Shown piece after piece: positions 25,411-38,170 of a stretch of 64,000 bases of DNA (the stretch's first letter is position 1; each line of letters opens with the position of its first letter). The stretch is taken from assembly GCA_050084515.1 (NCBI GenBank), contig CM114271.1:37138001-37202000 (forward strand). The letters run 5' to 3'. A program made the position numbers and the translations under genes. Under the pieces are notes generated by a model, which worked only from the letters and a program-made list of their open reading frames with translations, had not been told where the DNA came from and did not search any database. The DNA comes from Blasia pusilla. Taxonomy: Eukaryota.

Positions 25411-26499
25411 AGATCAAATGCACAGTTCCGAGCTTCTTTCGGATGGAATAATGGACAAGATTTTTTCGAACGATGATGGTGTTTGTAAAAGTTTGTTGAA
25501 TATATTTTTTGGTCTTGTCGAATGTGATCGTCTATGTACTCCGAGGACTTATTTTTTATAACCCGTCGGATTTCCACGACTTGCAACTTCTCACTTTTTG
25601 ACCACTGCACCTATTTAACCACTTCCAGGCAACTTGTCGGATTCCAACAGGTTGGCTGCGTGAGTGATCGGACTCTTTCCCTGTTGGTCCAACTTTAGAG
25701 GCATTCTGGCGGGCTTCTTCACTTTGACACCTTCCCCCGGTATCGTCAAACAAGGCGTAGGCTTCTTCTCTTCTCTAAGATGTGTTGGATTCCTACTACC
25801 TGTTGGATTGCCATCATGGTATTTCCAAGGACGGAGCATATATTGATACTGGATGGGTGTCACATTGCAGAGCATACAAGATATATTGCCGAGGAAGGCG
25901 GTGGGACTCAAATCAGGTTACATGGGACCGTTATGGTGTACCTAGGGGGGGGCCAAGGTTCTCCAATTCGCCAACATTTTTTATCCCAGTCTGCAATCGG
26001 CCAGAGGAGCCACTTGTATCCCAAGACATTCCTTTTGTACAGGAACCTAGGAGAGTTAGGAGTAAATTTGTAGATGACGAGGTTGAAGAAATCATAGACT
26101 AGATCAAATGTACATTTCCGAGCTTCCTTCGGATGTAATAATGGACGAGATTTTTTCAAACAATAATGGTGTTTGTAAAAGTTTGTTGAATATAATTTTT
26201 GGACTTGTCGATTGTTTTCGTCTAGCTACTCATAATGTTTATTTTGCAACCCGTCTGATTCCGACGCGTTGCAACTTTTCACTTTTTGACCACTGTAACT
26301 TTTCAACCATTTCCAAGCAAGGTGTCGGATTCCGACAGGTTGGCTGCTTGAGTGATTGGACTCTTTCCGTGGAGACCAAATTCTGAGGCATTGTGGCGGG
26401 CTTCTTCACTTTAGGCTCGTTCCCCTAGTATCATCAAACCAGTCGTAGACTACTTTTCTTCTCTAAGACGTGCTGGATTCCTATAACCTGTCGGAAGGC

Positions 26500-28197
26500 C
26501 CCCTTCCTTTTGTTATGCCTTTTGTGAGGAAGACATGGGATGCTGTAGACATAGCATTGCTCTTGCCCGGTCTTGTTGGCATGCCTCCACAAGTGAAATT
26601 GTTTGACATGCTTGTGACAACCTCCAAGAGGAATGAACGCTTTCAGCTCCACTTATGTTGGGGCAAAGGGCATTTTCATGAATGTTCAATCCCTGCAACG
26701 ATGGCGATGTGAGAAGGGAACAAAAATAGCTCAAAATTCAAAGAAGTAAGCTTCTTGTCGGAACCAGATGGGTTGCAAGGCCGAGGCATCCCATGAACGA
26801 CTCTGCGACGTGTCAATTCCTGACGTGTTGCAACATCCAGGAACCACCTAGTGCAACCCGTCCGATTCCGACGTGTTGCAAGTAAATTTGGCCATGCGAC
26901 TTGCAACCCGTCCTTTTCTGACTGGTTGCACACTCAGGCAACCCATCAAACCATCCTTTTCCGACTGGTTGCACTCTCAGTCAACCCGTCAAATTCCGAC
27001 GGGTTGCAAGTAAATTTGGCCGTGCAACTTGCACCTCCTCGGTTTCCGACTGGTTGCACACTCAGGCAACCCGTCAATCAGCGACGGGTTGAACGGGTTG
27101 AGCAACCTGTCGCATCCGACAAGTTGCTTGATTTCTTTGGTTTTAAATCCCTATAGTGACCACGCTTCTCAACTTTAGCTGCAACCCTTCAAACAATTTT
27201 CAGCGAGACAAATTAGTGAACTCACTTCCCGCATGAAGTTTCCCCATTGTCTCATTCGTACAGTCCACCAACTCAACCAAGAGCATAACTCTTTGTACTT
27301 CCCCTCAATCGCATGTTTCCTCCACCACCCATGAATTTCTTCTTGGCATTCCATGGTATGTTTCAAGGTTTTGTTGTCCTTGCAGCCTTGGAGTAGAGTG
27401 ACATGCTCCGTCCTCTTATTCTCCTTGATGCAAGATTTGGTGTACCGGGTCACAGACTGTTGCCAATGGAAAGCATCCGACCTTTCTCTCTTCGATTGAA
27501 CCTCCTCACCCCAAAACACTTCCCTGGTAGCAATCCACCCTTGGTTGTGCATTATCCGCCATAAACCCATAAATTTCCGAAGGTGGCCTTTTTTTTCCTT
27601 CATCACCTCCAATGAGAGTAACCAGCACATCTTCAAACTGCCAACGTCTTCTGCTTTTACTTCACATACAAATATAGTTTTGAGTCCCTTCTCCACATGG
27701 TCATAAATGTGAGCACCCATTGTCAACCATCCATTCAGCACTGTGTAGCAAATATCAAAGCTTACCCAACTTCCGTAAAGATCTTCCCCTTCCCTCATTC
27801 GATCTGTAAGATCAAGGCCACTCGACGGACTTGTCGTTGATATTTTGAAGACATAGGCCCTGGATCCTTTGCCTCCATGGCCCATGAACTGCCATCTCTT
27901 AATGAATGGAAATCTAGAGTTGGCCTTGATTCTGGAAATAGCATCCATTTCGGCCGTCTTTCCATCCAGTACCCATATTTGACGCAGCAAATTCGAGAAG
28001 CATTCAGGATCGGCGAGAAATGCGAGATTTTCCCATGGTAGTTTTTGCTCAGCAGCCGTGATCTCGCCCTGACCAGGGATTCCAAGAAGTTGTTCACAAA
28101 ATTGTGATGTTGTTGTTAACTTGATCACTCCACGCTTTGAACCCGGAGAGTTTCTGTAGACCTCGGCCACTTTATTTGCCATATCCTCCTTGTTTAC
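26500..28197 (-). pseudogene. Mutator-like (MULE) DDE transposase, catalytic half; exons ~28197-27225 and ~26692-26500
   Basis: WVSFD (first D, ~27755), GFMADNAQ (second D, ~27555, across a frameshift), DAFHWQQSV (the MULE C/DxxH motif). After a GT-AG intron comes PNISGAESVHSSW (E, ~26643). Confidence 0.75.
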
Positions 28198-28539
28198 CAT
28201 ACGGATTATGTCGTAGAGTATAGTGTGCTAGTAGAGGACATTCCTTATGTAGGACCGTAGTGGCTTGGTAGAGATGCGGTTTCATACATAGGGTTGGGGG
28301 TGACTTTCCCAGTAGGGCCCGCTCTTAGGTTGGAGGATATAAGGTGGAGTGCACTCTAAGAACAATCAGTTCTTTGAGTTGAGCCTGTTGCGTTGGGAGT
28401 TAGCCTTGGTAGTGAGTAGAGCCCTTGGCTATGGTGTTTCCCGCAAGCTTTGACCTAGATTCTCCCATCGTGGAGTGGGTTTGGCTCGATTGTATGTGAT
28501 TCTATATGTGTTTTATGACAGTAGGTCTTTCACGGATTT
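28196..28539 (+). repeat. 5' LTR, the part alignable to the 3' copy; lacks the first ~98 bp, true 3' end unresolved
   Basis: ACCATACGGATTATGTCGTAGAG..GGTCTTTCACGGATTT is near-identical to 36847-37170. Confidence 0.85.
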
Positions 28540-29716
28540 CACTCCAAGAACTGCAGTAGATCGATGGTAGCTTCGATTGTAGATCAGTAGGATCTGGTTA
28601 GGGCTGATTGTGTACTCAGCCGTGGATGTTCGTGGCTTGTGGCCTATGTTGGAGGTGTGAATCTCGTGCGTGGTTGGTTGGGAAAGAAGGGCCTTGCTGA
28701 GAGCTTTCCAACGCGCTTTAAATCGCCGGATTTCATCAAGGGAGTTGGAGGCTTCGAGGCAACTCGTGGTAGCTCGGGATGAGTGGGCGTGAGAGGCGGA
28801 GCAAGGAGCAAGCAAGCTGCTTGCTTGGGCGTGAGGCAATTTTTGCAGGATTTGGGATTTGAGTGTTGCATAACTGGTCACCTATCTTTGGGCTATTCTG
28901 CCTGGAGGACGCTTAACTGCTGAGTTCTTTACTATGCTAGTGTTCACACTGTTGTAGCTCATTTGGTGCTGTTCGGAGATGTTTAGGCGCTTTATGCATC
29001 TCAGGTTTTTGGTTGATGTACCTCTAGCGCATAGTACGGTGTAGCCTCTCCATGCAGGTGATATTTTTAGGTGCTGCGAGTTCGACTAGCACGTCATCGA
29101 CCCGCGGTGGAGTAGCTATTGCGTTAGAATTGTGTGGTGGGTTTTGTGGATTCAGGGGGCACCACGTTTGGTGAATTATGTTACCTTGATTTCCATTTGT
29201 GGATTCAAGGGGCACCACGTTTGGTGGATTATGTTACCTTGATTTCCATTTGCAATTGGAGGGTTGTCGTTGGACTTCTTGTGTTTGGATCCCATCCATC
29301 AGTGCTTCTTGCTTGCGCGCCCATTGTTAGGGTTGACGCTGATTTCCAGAGTAGTGTTACTCCTGTGTGCTATCGGTAGTGAGGCTGGAGGGATGACGAG
29401 TAGACGGTGGGAGGCTTCTTGTGGTGATGACAAGTTAGGTTGCCTGCACCCATAGCTAGTAGAGCTAGAATAGTATAGCGACATCGACGTCACTTGGTTA
29501 TTTGGTGGTGGTACGGCATCGGCGTTGGTCATCACGAAGCTGTCGGGTGGTCTGGTTGGGGACCGTGGTGCGGACAGTGGTGGTTTCACACGGAGTGGAT
29601 TTAGGTATCGGCTACCTTTTCTACTTCCAACGGTTGATGAAGAGGAGGACGAGGGTGTTCCAAACATCGAGTCTTCTACGTTGTTATCGAGTGTTGCAAC
29701 TCCATTGATTTGGGAC

Positions 29717-30914
29717 ATGGACGGTGGATATGGGGCCATGAAGGGCCCACGACGATACTTGGGTGCAATGGGCACCATTGAGTTGGAGGACTTCATGTAG
29801 GAGTTTGATACGTGGTGTGATATGCAGATGTTGCGGAACGCCACGTTGTTTACACCCTTCTTGGCTTGGAAGGGGTTGTTTCAACACTTGGAAGGACCAC
29901 CCATGGATGATTACCATGAGTTTAGGAAGGACCATGTTGATGAGATTGAGGCATGGAGACAATATTGGTCTCCAGGCTATGTGTCTATCACCCATGGTGG
30001 TATTGGTAGTAGTGCTCCTACTATGCCAGCCAGCCCGACGTTGAGTGAGCCGAAGTGGGGGTACCAGTGGAGGTATTAGTGGGGGTACTAGTGGAGGTAC
30101 TAGTGCCTCACCATCGTTCAGCCCGGTTGCAGAGTTCTTCAAGAGGTTGAAGAAGAACTCTCAGGGAGTGAAGACGGAGAAGTTGAGGAGTCTTCAGGAA
30201 TTTGAGCGAAAGACTGGTGAGAGTCTTCGTGAGGCATACACTTGTATGCGACGCTTGATTTCAGTTACCCAGGGTGTGATTGAGGATCAGGCAGTCCCGT
30301 TTTGGTATGGGATCTTGGACAGAGATTTGCGCCGTAGGGTACATGATGCTACTCTTATGAGTGATGATTCATCCACATTGACCCATGTGTTTGCTCTATC
30401 TGAGAAGATTGAGCTTAACATGGTGAAGGAGAGAGTGGTGACATCCGCATTCAAGAGGGGATACAACTACTACTTCGTGTTCAGTTGACCCACCTCACGG
30501 TCTCGTAGTAGTGGTGGTGGTAGTAGTAGTGGGAGTCATGGGGGGTACACACGACCTCAGTTAGGTCCTAGAGGGACACTTGCGCAGAGACCATTGCCTT
30601 CATTTGCTGCCCCGCAACAAGGACAATTATGTTGGACATGTGGAGGTGATCATGTTAGGAAGTTTTGTCCCCAAGAGGATGGGAGACGGACTTTGGAGGA
30701 TGGGCCTCAGTCGGCCCCAACTCGGTGTGATCATTGCGGGAGACCAAGTCATCCTCGAGAGCGTTGCTTTGATCTTCATCCAGAGTTGAGATCAGGCCGC
30801 GGCCGTGGTGGAGTAGCTCCGAGAGGCCGAGGTGGTAGAGGTGGACCAGTGGTTGGAGAGCCTACGGTGGCTACCCCTACCACTACGACAGTCACTATGG
30901 GCTGCCAGGATTGA
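29717..30914 (+). pseudogene. Gag with two CCHC zinc knuckles
   Basis: LRSLQEFERKTGESLREAY (retrotransposon Gag pattern), CWTCGGDHVRKFC and CDHCGRPSHPRERC, then RGRGG repeats. Broken by stops and frameshifts. Confidence 0.85.
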
Positions 30915-31559
30915 GTAGTTGGAGCAGAGTTGGCTACTATGGTGGTATCCAAAGATAGATCAGGTTCGGGAGCAGGGCTTCCACCTCTTATGGAGGGATG
31001 ATCTCTCTTATATGGCGAGTGCAAAGACAAAGGTTGAGGCATCACCTGCAGCTTTCGAGAGGAGCCACTCGAGCGTTAGAGCCACGTGGTGCTACTGTGG
31101 AGTTGGACCCACAGAGGGGTGAGGCTGGGAGGCAGGCTAGGCTTCCCGAGTCATTCTTGTTGTATGAGGTGCTTAGGACTCCACCATGGTTCCCTCAGCG
31201 GCCTATTGAGCCGGCGCAGTGGGGACTAAGGCATCTACATCGCGTGTAGTAGACACGGATGCACCATCCGATCAAGATTGTGCGGATGGCAACCGATGTT
31301 GGGATCCCCATTGTTTTCGGCCACGGAGCTGATGGCTTTAGGAGTTGACTTAGCTCATGTATTTCAGCTAGCAACCACGTTGTGTGAACGTGGGGGTGTT
31401 ATTGCTACACGTGTTGAGGTGGATGAGAGTGTTGCGGTGGAGCGACCCTCTATGTCGGTGTAGCATTGAGTACGATGTGCTACTTGGCGGGCGGCGGCGG
31501 CGAAGATGGATGCATTACCGGCCCGACCACCATTGATCGTGAGAGGCTTACACCTCGTG

Positions 31560-31960
31560 TATGTATGTTGGACAACCGGGTGGGATCTTCCGATTGGTTA
31601 GTCCTACACGGGGCAGTGTATAGACCGGATAGAGTCTTGTTAGACTCACGGTGCCCAACCTTGATGTTGGGAAAGGCGGCATGTATTGGTTTGGGTATTC
31701 GGAGGTCAGAGCTTGAGCCTTGCCCATTCCAGATTCAAACATCACTTGGAGGATCCAATGATAGGTCTCAATTAATGACACGGGAGAAGTTTTCTGTACT
31801 GTTGAGACCAAATCATGCGACTGATAGCTCCCGGTTGGGAGTATCTACGGTAGTCACATCAGCCGAGTCATATGATGTACTAGTTGGAGGAGCAGTATTG
31901 TACCCGATGGGTTTTCAGATGGATTACTGGATTGAGACAGCGTCTTATAGACCTGGTTGG
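31560..31960 (+). pseudogene. Retroviral-type aspartic protease
   Basis: VLLDS(R/G) active-site motif and the downstream YDVLVGG motif. Confidence 0.7.
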
Positions 31961-32368
31961 CAGTCCGGGGATGGACGTATGAGCCAAGTTCCTATGAGAT
32001 TTATTTCTAGGGCTCGACCAGGAGGGTCTTCCCCAACAGTGTTAGCGTCTATGGCTGGTTTTAGTGGAGTAGTCACTTGGCCAGGAGACTTTTTGGAGGG
32101 TAATATTTATGCTATGGATTCTCCTGCGCGTGAGGAGGTAGAGGAGGTCCCTATTCTTGCAGCAGTGGCATCCTCATCGTTGGATGTGCCACTTTGGAGT
32201 TCAGGCGGTGCACTACGGCAGAGGCGTCGCCTAGTGCAGAGGAGGCTTGGTGTGAGGTCATTATACCTCGACAAGGAAGAGGAGACCCCACGGCGGACTC
32301 CTACTTTTGGTCCAGTTGGGTTATCCCCTTTGGATACTACACCCATTGTATGGCAGTATCCGCCGAAG

Positions 32369-33330
32369 GGCATTTGTGTGTTAGATCTCTTTGGTGGGAT
32401 TAGCACTTGGTTTTTTGCAGATGTTGCCGGTATTCCCGTGCGGAGATACGTGTATGTGGAGCGAGATGAGACGGCCCAGAGAGTCTCATCCCGACATATT
32501 GGTCAGTTGATGCGGAGATATCCTGAGTTGTTGCCGCCATCAGCTATTCGTGGGTACCAATGTGCTTTACCATCACACATTGCATTGTTGGGGGCGCAGG
32601 ACCTTGAGAGGGTTGGTCCTGTGGATTTGGTGATTGCTGGATGGCCATGTCAGGGTCATACACGTGTTGGTCGTGGTGAGGGATTACATGACCCTAGGTC
32701 TTGATTTTTTTGGGAGATGTTACGGGTGTTACGACATCTTCAGGTTCACCAGGCACGTGCTCTAGCTTACATTTTGGAGAATGTTCCATTGTTGGATGAC
32801 ACTCGGACCCGGATGATGGCGAGTGTTCATGAGGTGCAGTCTTGGATTGGACCAGCAGTGTTGTTGGATGCAGCGTGAGTTGGCTCGCGTGCACATCGTC
32901 CACGCTTGTGGTGGACAAACTTGTTGCCTAGGGAGGTTCTCGTCAAGCATATGATGCAAGGTCAATGGGATCCTTGCCTTACCGTGGATAGTATCTTGGA
33001 TACTGGGCGACTTTCTCAAGTGGTGAGGGTTATTGATCGGTCACCCATGGCAGTGGTGAACCGTGTGGGCCAGCCTAGGATGGCACTACCCACATTTGTG
33101 AGTTTTCCCTCGTCACATGCCTATAGAGAAGGTGATCCTGGGCTTGTATGGGATTCTCATGTGCGACAGTTGGTGGAGCCTAACGCTGATGAGAGAGAGC
33201 GTGCGATGGGATTTGCTACTGGTGTGACAGCGATTGCTGCTATTTCTGAGGCTTCACGACGTCATGTGTTGGACCTGAATTGTTTGACTTGGATTTTGAG
33301 TCTTGGTATGGCCGAGCAGCGTCGACTTCG
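32369..33330 (+). pseudogene. DNMT3-like C5 cytosine DNA methyltransferase domain within Pol
   Basis: Ordered motifs: I VLDLFGGI, II YVERD, IV VDLVIAGWPCQG (32642-32653), VI YILENVP (32777), VIII AHRPRLWWTNL (32891), IX ERERAMGF. There are stops/frameshifts between some motifs. Confidence 0.9.
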
Positions 33331-33713
33331 GACTATGTCTGTGGGTCTTCCACCCCTTGTAATGAGCTCGATGGCTACCGGGACGGTAGAGGCATCGGCT
33401 GGAGGCGAGGAGAGTAGTATTTTGCATCCTTGGAGTAAATGGGATGTAATGGCTGGGCATGTGGAGTTGGTTGCTCATGTTGGTGGAAGAGTTATTTGCT
33501 CAGATGATGGTGTAGCTAAGGGTGTACCATTTTGTGAGGGGGTTGCGTAGCAGCCAATGTCATCGTCCTCTCCCTCTAGTGTGCTAGTGGAGGAGACTTG
33601 GGAGCCATCACTTGGGCCCAAGCTTACGGGAGGTGAGAAACGACGCTTGACAGAGTTCCTACGTGCTTATAGGAGTTGTTTTGCCTTTAGCATGAAGGAG
33701 TTGGGTTCTCTGG

Positions 33714-35000
33714 TTGGACCTGGTATACGGAATTGATTTGGCTAGTGATACGCCAATCTTCCGTCATCCCTACCGATATAGTGATATGGAGAGTAGGACG
33801 TTGGACCTTTTGGAGGCTGGATTAGTGGAGTTGTCGCATGGAGAGTATGCATCAGCCATTGTCATGCCTGCTAAAAAGGATATGCATGGCAACTACACGG
33901 ATAGGCGGATGTGTGGAGATTACCGTCCTATCAATCGAAAAACCAAGGCCGATAGGTATGCCATGCCTACCCCTGAGGAGATCTTTGATGTGGTGGGACA
34001 GGCAAAGATTTTTAGTACTTTGGATCCTCGGGTAGGATACCATCAATTGCCGATTCGAGAGAGTGACAAGGCCAAGACAGCATTTTGGGGTGTCAACTCT
34101 CATGGCAAGGATTGTTTGTACCAGTGGAAATTCTTACCCTTTGGGTTGAAGAATGCACCTGCCGAGTTTCAGAGAGTGATGGACAGGATCCTAGGAGGGT
34201 TGGATTTTGTTCGGTGTTACATTGATGATATCTTGGTGTTCAGTAACACGGTGGAGGAGCATCAAATATATTTGCAGATAGTGTTTGAGCGGTTGAAAGC
34301 TCATGGTCTACGTTTGCATCCAGGAAAGTGTAAGTTCTTCCATGAGGATGTTGAGTACTTGGGTCATGTGATCTATCTAGGTGGTTTGGGAGTTCAGCAA
34401 GCAAAGATGGAGGCTATTGCAGTTATTCCGCGTCCGGTAGATGTGAGTAGAGTTCAGGCATTCATGGGATTGGCGAACTACTATCGGAGGTATGTGAAGG
34501 GATTTAGTGCTATGGCAAAGCCTTTAAACCAATTGCTGAAATCAGATCAAGAGTGGCACTGGGGAGATGATCAAGAGAGAGCTTTTGTGGAGCTTAAGGC
34601 CCAGTTGGTGGCGGCGCCTATCTTGAGGAGACCTATCAGAGGGCGCCCATTTTAGTTACACACTGATTGGAGTAGGTTGGGACTTGGAGCGGTGTTAACA
34701 CAACATGATGATGAGCACATGGAGTTTGTGGTGGCCTATGCAAGTCGTTTGAATAATGCAACGAGTCGTCGCTATAGTTCATATGAGGGAGAGTGCTTGG
34801 CAAGAGTGTGGGGGCACACTTTAGGTGTTACTTGTTTGGTACGAGTTTACCCTTGTTCTTGATCGGCGACCGCTCAAGTGGTTGATGGAGTCGACAAGCT
34901 TACGGGGGAAGCTTGCACGGTGGGCTCTTATCTTACAGAGTATGACTTCCGAGGTGGTACATAGACCTGGAGTTTCCAACCTTGATCTTTGATGGGTTGA
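33714..35000 (+). pseudogene. Gypsy reverse transcriptase and RNase H
   Basis: RMCGDYRPIN, GYHQLPI, KTAF, LPFGLKNAPAEFQR, CYIDDILVF, YLGHVI, LHTDWS..GLGAVL, YSSYEGECLA. Confidence 0.95.
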
Positions 35001-35399
35001 GTAGGAACCCATGTACTAGCCAAGAGGATACATTGGGGCTAGATGGCATGGCGAGGTTGATGAGGAGATGGTGCGAGGTTGGCATGCATCCGCCTTTTAT
35101 GTTGGTTAGGTGGACTCTAGTATGGAGGATCACATTATATCTTACTCGAGCCGGAGGATAGGTGGCCACCTTGAGATCCTAAGGTTGGAGATGGTGGTAC
35201 GGATCGGTGTGATATTCATGGTGATGCATTGGTGTTGGAGTTCCTCTTGACCAAGAGGGTGCCAGGCATAGTGAGTGCCAAGGAGCAAGACCGTGTTCTT
35301 CAACGTGCTAAGAGGTATCGATTGAGGGAACACATATTCTCGCGTGTGGGAGGATGGTAGAGTACGAGTAGTGCCACATTTGGCTCGAGAGAGAGTGTT

Positions 35400-36580
35400 G
35401 ACATGCCCATGAGGAGTTGGGACATTTTGGGGTAAAGCGACGTATAGCTTACTCCTTGGCGATATTGGTGGCGTGGCATGCATACTCGGTGCACAGATGG
35501 TGTCACGTTGTATGGTTTGTGACCGGCGAGGGCATCATTCAATGCCCCTACACCATAATTACACCCCTTGCCTATTATGGGGTTGGGTTACCGTTGGAGT
35601 GTGGACTTTGCGGGACCTTTTGTTGGATCCCATGCGACATCATCGATATGTGTTGGTGATGGTGGAGCACTTCTCCAAGTGGATTGAGTTGGTGGCATTA
35701 CGGACAAGGCAAGTGAGGAACGGCGTATGCGTTTCTTGATAGAGTGCTTAGTCATTTTGGTGCATACTAAAAGTCTTGACCCACGGGTACTGAGTTTGGT
35801 GAGTTTCGGTCTTGTGTGACAAGGCGTTGATTGATCATCGGACCACGTCTCGAGATCATCCAAAGGCGGATGGTTTTGAGCGTGTGGTTCACAGTGAAGA
35901 GGGCATTGCGCAAGTATGGCCTCTGAAGGGCATCTTGGAGGTAGGATATTCGATTTGCAATGGTTAGCCATGGGGTATAGGTTGATCGCCAAGCATCCTT
36001 GGCTTCCTTCTCACCTTGCTCTGCCCGAGATCAGACTTGCCAAGAACAATTGGTCGAGTCTAATGAGGTGGTGAACCTTGATGACCCAGAGATGTGGATG
36101 AGAGTGTGTTCTCGGGCATAGCTCTTCGGAGAGTTATGCCAATAGCCTTTGAGAATCTTGCCATTGCTCAACACAGGGATACGTTGCGGTATGCAACCAA
36201 GAGTGGAGGTTATCGACCATCGATTTGTAGGTTCCATGGGGACTATGTGTATTTGCAGCAGATTGCAAGACAACGTTGGATGTGACGACAGGCGCACTAT
36301 TTTACGAGTTTGCGAGGTGTTAGCTTTTGGAGTTCTCATGTTGGAGGGTCGTGATAGAGTTGTTTCATGCGCCATGTCATCTTCCAAATGTGGATGGTAT
36401 CTTGTTGACCCAAGCTTAGCCATAACGTGCTAGCTTGAGATGCATGTTGTGTCGTCTCTGTAACGCCACCCTTATGTTGGTGTGTGATCGGTGTTGTAGG
36501 GGTTGGCACATGATGTGTTTGACTCACGTATGGATGTTGTTCCCTTTTGGAAGGTGGGTTTGTCCTCAATGTACTTAGGA
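35400..36580 (+). pseudogene. Gypsy integrase with C-terminal PHD finger, heavily frameshifted
   Basis: HEELGHFG..CMVCDR (HHCC), WSVDFAGP, VMVEHFSKWIEL, then CDRCCRGWHM..WVCPQC. Homologous to 318-1467. Confidence 0.85.
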
Positions 36581-36748
36581 GAGGTAGATGACTTGATCTT
36601 TGCATGATATGGATTGGATGTGCGACTTACGATGGGGCAACCTAGCACCCGGCCTTCCGATTCGGGCACCCAAGAAGATGTATAGCATGTAGTAGATGTA
36701 TAGGGCTACGGGAGTTAGAGGACCTAACCGCTTGATTAGGGGGGGAGT

Positions 36749-37268
36749 TGTGGTACACTTGTATTTGTGGATACTCTCGTCTATGTTATGTATGGTATGT
36801 TAGCGATGTATGTTGTATGACGATGTGGATTTCGCATTTTGTCATGACCATACGGATTATGTCGTAGAGTATAGTGTGCTAGTAGAGGCCATTCCTTATG
36901 TAGGACCGTAGTGGCTTGGTAGAGATCGGTTTCATACATAGGGTTGGGGTTACTCGGTTGGGGTGACTTTCCCAATAGGGCCCGCTCTTAGGTTGGAGGA
37001 TATAAACAAAGTTCTTTGAGTTGAGCCTGTTGCGTTGGGAGTTAGCCTTGGTAGTGAGTAGAGCCCTTGGCTATGGTGTTTGACCTAGATTCTCCCATTG
37101 TGGAGTGGATTTGAGATTCGATTGTATGTGATTCTATCGTGTTTTATGATAGTAGGTCTTTCACGGATTTGGTTGTGGTACACTTGTGTTTGTGGATACC
37201 GTCTATGTTATGTATGTATGTGAGTATGGTATGTCAGCGATGTATTTTGTATGACGTGTGGATTCGCA
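36749..37268 (+). repeat. 3' LTR (36749-37170, truncated) followed by a second copy of the LTR start (37174-37268)
   Basis: TGTGGTACACTTGT begins at 36749, right after the PPT, and again at 37174. Confidence 0.85.
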
Positions 37269-38170
37269 CGACATCCTTGATGTGTCTCTGAATTGCATCA
37301 CTCACAGGATGAGTGTGGGAGCCAACATGAACTGCCAACCTTGTGTACTCTAACGTGGAACCCAAGTCGTGGACAATGAAAAATATGTATGCAAGACACG
37401 CTCCAACGCAGAAAGGGGATGCTTGACAATGAGGACATCGATGGCCTCCCGGCGGTATGGTGGCACCGACCTCATATGGAGTTTCTGCATTCTTGGGAGG
37501 AAATTGCGACGTATTGACCCACATGTTGCGCTCTAGATACAGGCATGCATGACTTTTACACACCAAGGCTCCAACGTATTGGCGGCAGGAGACAATCCAA
37601 GGACAATGTGGAATTGAAGCACTAGTACGTTGAATCCTGCACCATCGATGACAGGACTTTCGTCCATATAGCGTCCTCCATCTTTCTTTTGAGCAGGAGC
37701 AGCAAGTGGAGGCAACTCAAAAATGGAATTACCATCGTACGTGGGCGGAAAATTGTCGACAAGAATGTGCTTGAACATTTTCAAGGTCTGAGACAATAGC
37801 AAACTATTGCCTGATACTCGCACTAAGGTTGATAACATGAGGAATTTCTTCAGGAAGTACAACATTGTAACGAACGTATGAAGTTGGAGTCGATGCCGGA
37901 TCTTTTGAGCTAGGAGTTGCAAATGTAGAGCTCGGTGCACTAGGAAATTCTTGACCGTCTACTTGGAAAAATGAGGAATTCAGAGGCAAGCTGTAAACTC
38001 TGTATTGACCATTTGCTAGAGGTAGGAGATTCCATACTTTACGGTCTGCAATCACTTGCTAGACTGTCTCACGTATTATGTCCTCCGTACTATCCACCCT
38101 AACATCCTTGGATACAAAGATGGTTCCAATTTGGAGAAGAAATCAAACTGAGAGAAAATTTTCATCCATT
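37268..38170 (-). pseudogene. N-terminal half of the MULE-like transposase, with a GCM/WRKY-like Zn-binding region
   Basis: CPHCQASPFCVGACLAYIFF..RLAVHVGSHTHPV (Cys cluster plus HxHP). It reads in frame into the 28197 half once the retroelement is removed. Start codon uncertain. Confidence 0.65.

Larger units (their letters stand above)
28196..37268 (+). mobile_element. Ty3/Gypsy LTR retrotransposon, Gag-PR-DNMT-RT-RH-INT-PHD, inserted in the MULE transposase gene
   Basis: LTR sequence is shared between 28196-28539 and 36847-37170. PPT AGGGGGGGAG at 36738-36747. Gypsy domain order. Confidence 0.92.

Noticed and set aside
28950-29100. Candidate primer-binding site and 5' LTR end of the DNMT-Gypsy
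   Set aside because: No convincing CA-TGG tRNA-complementary junction was found by eye.
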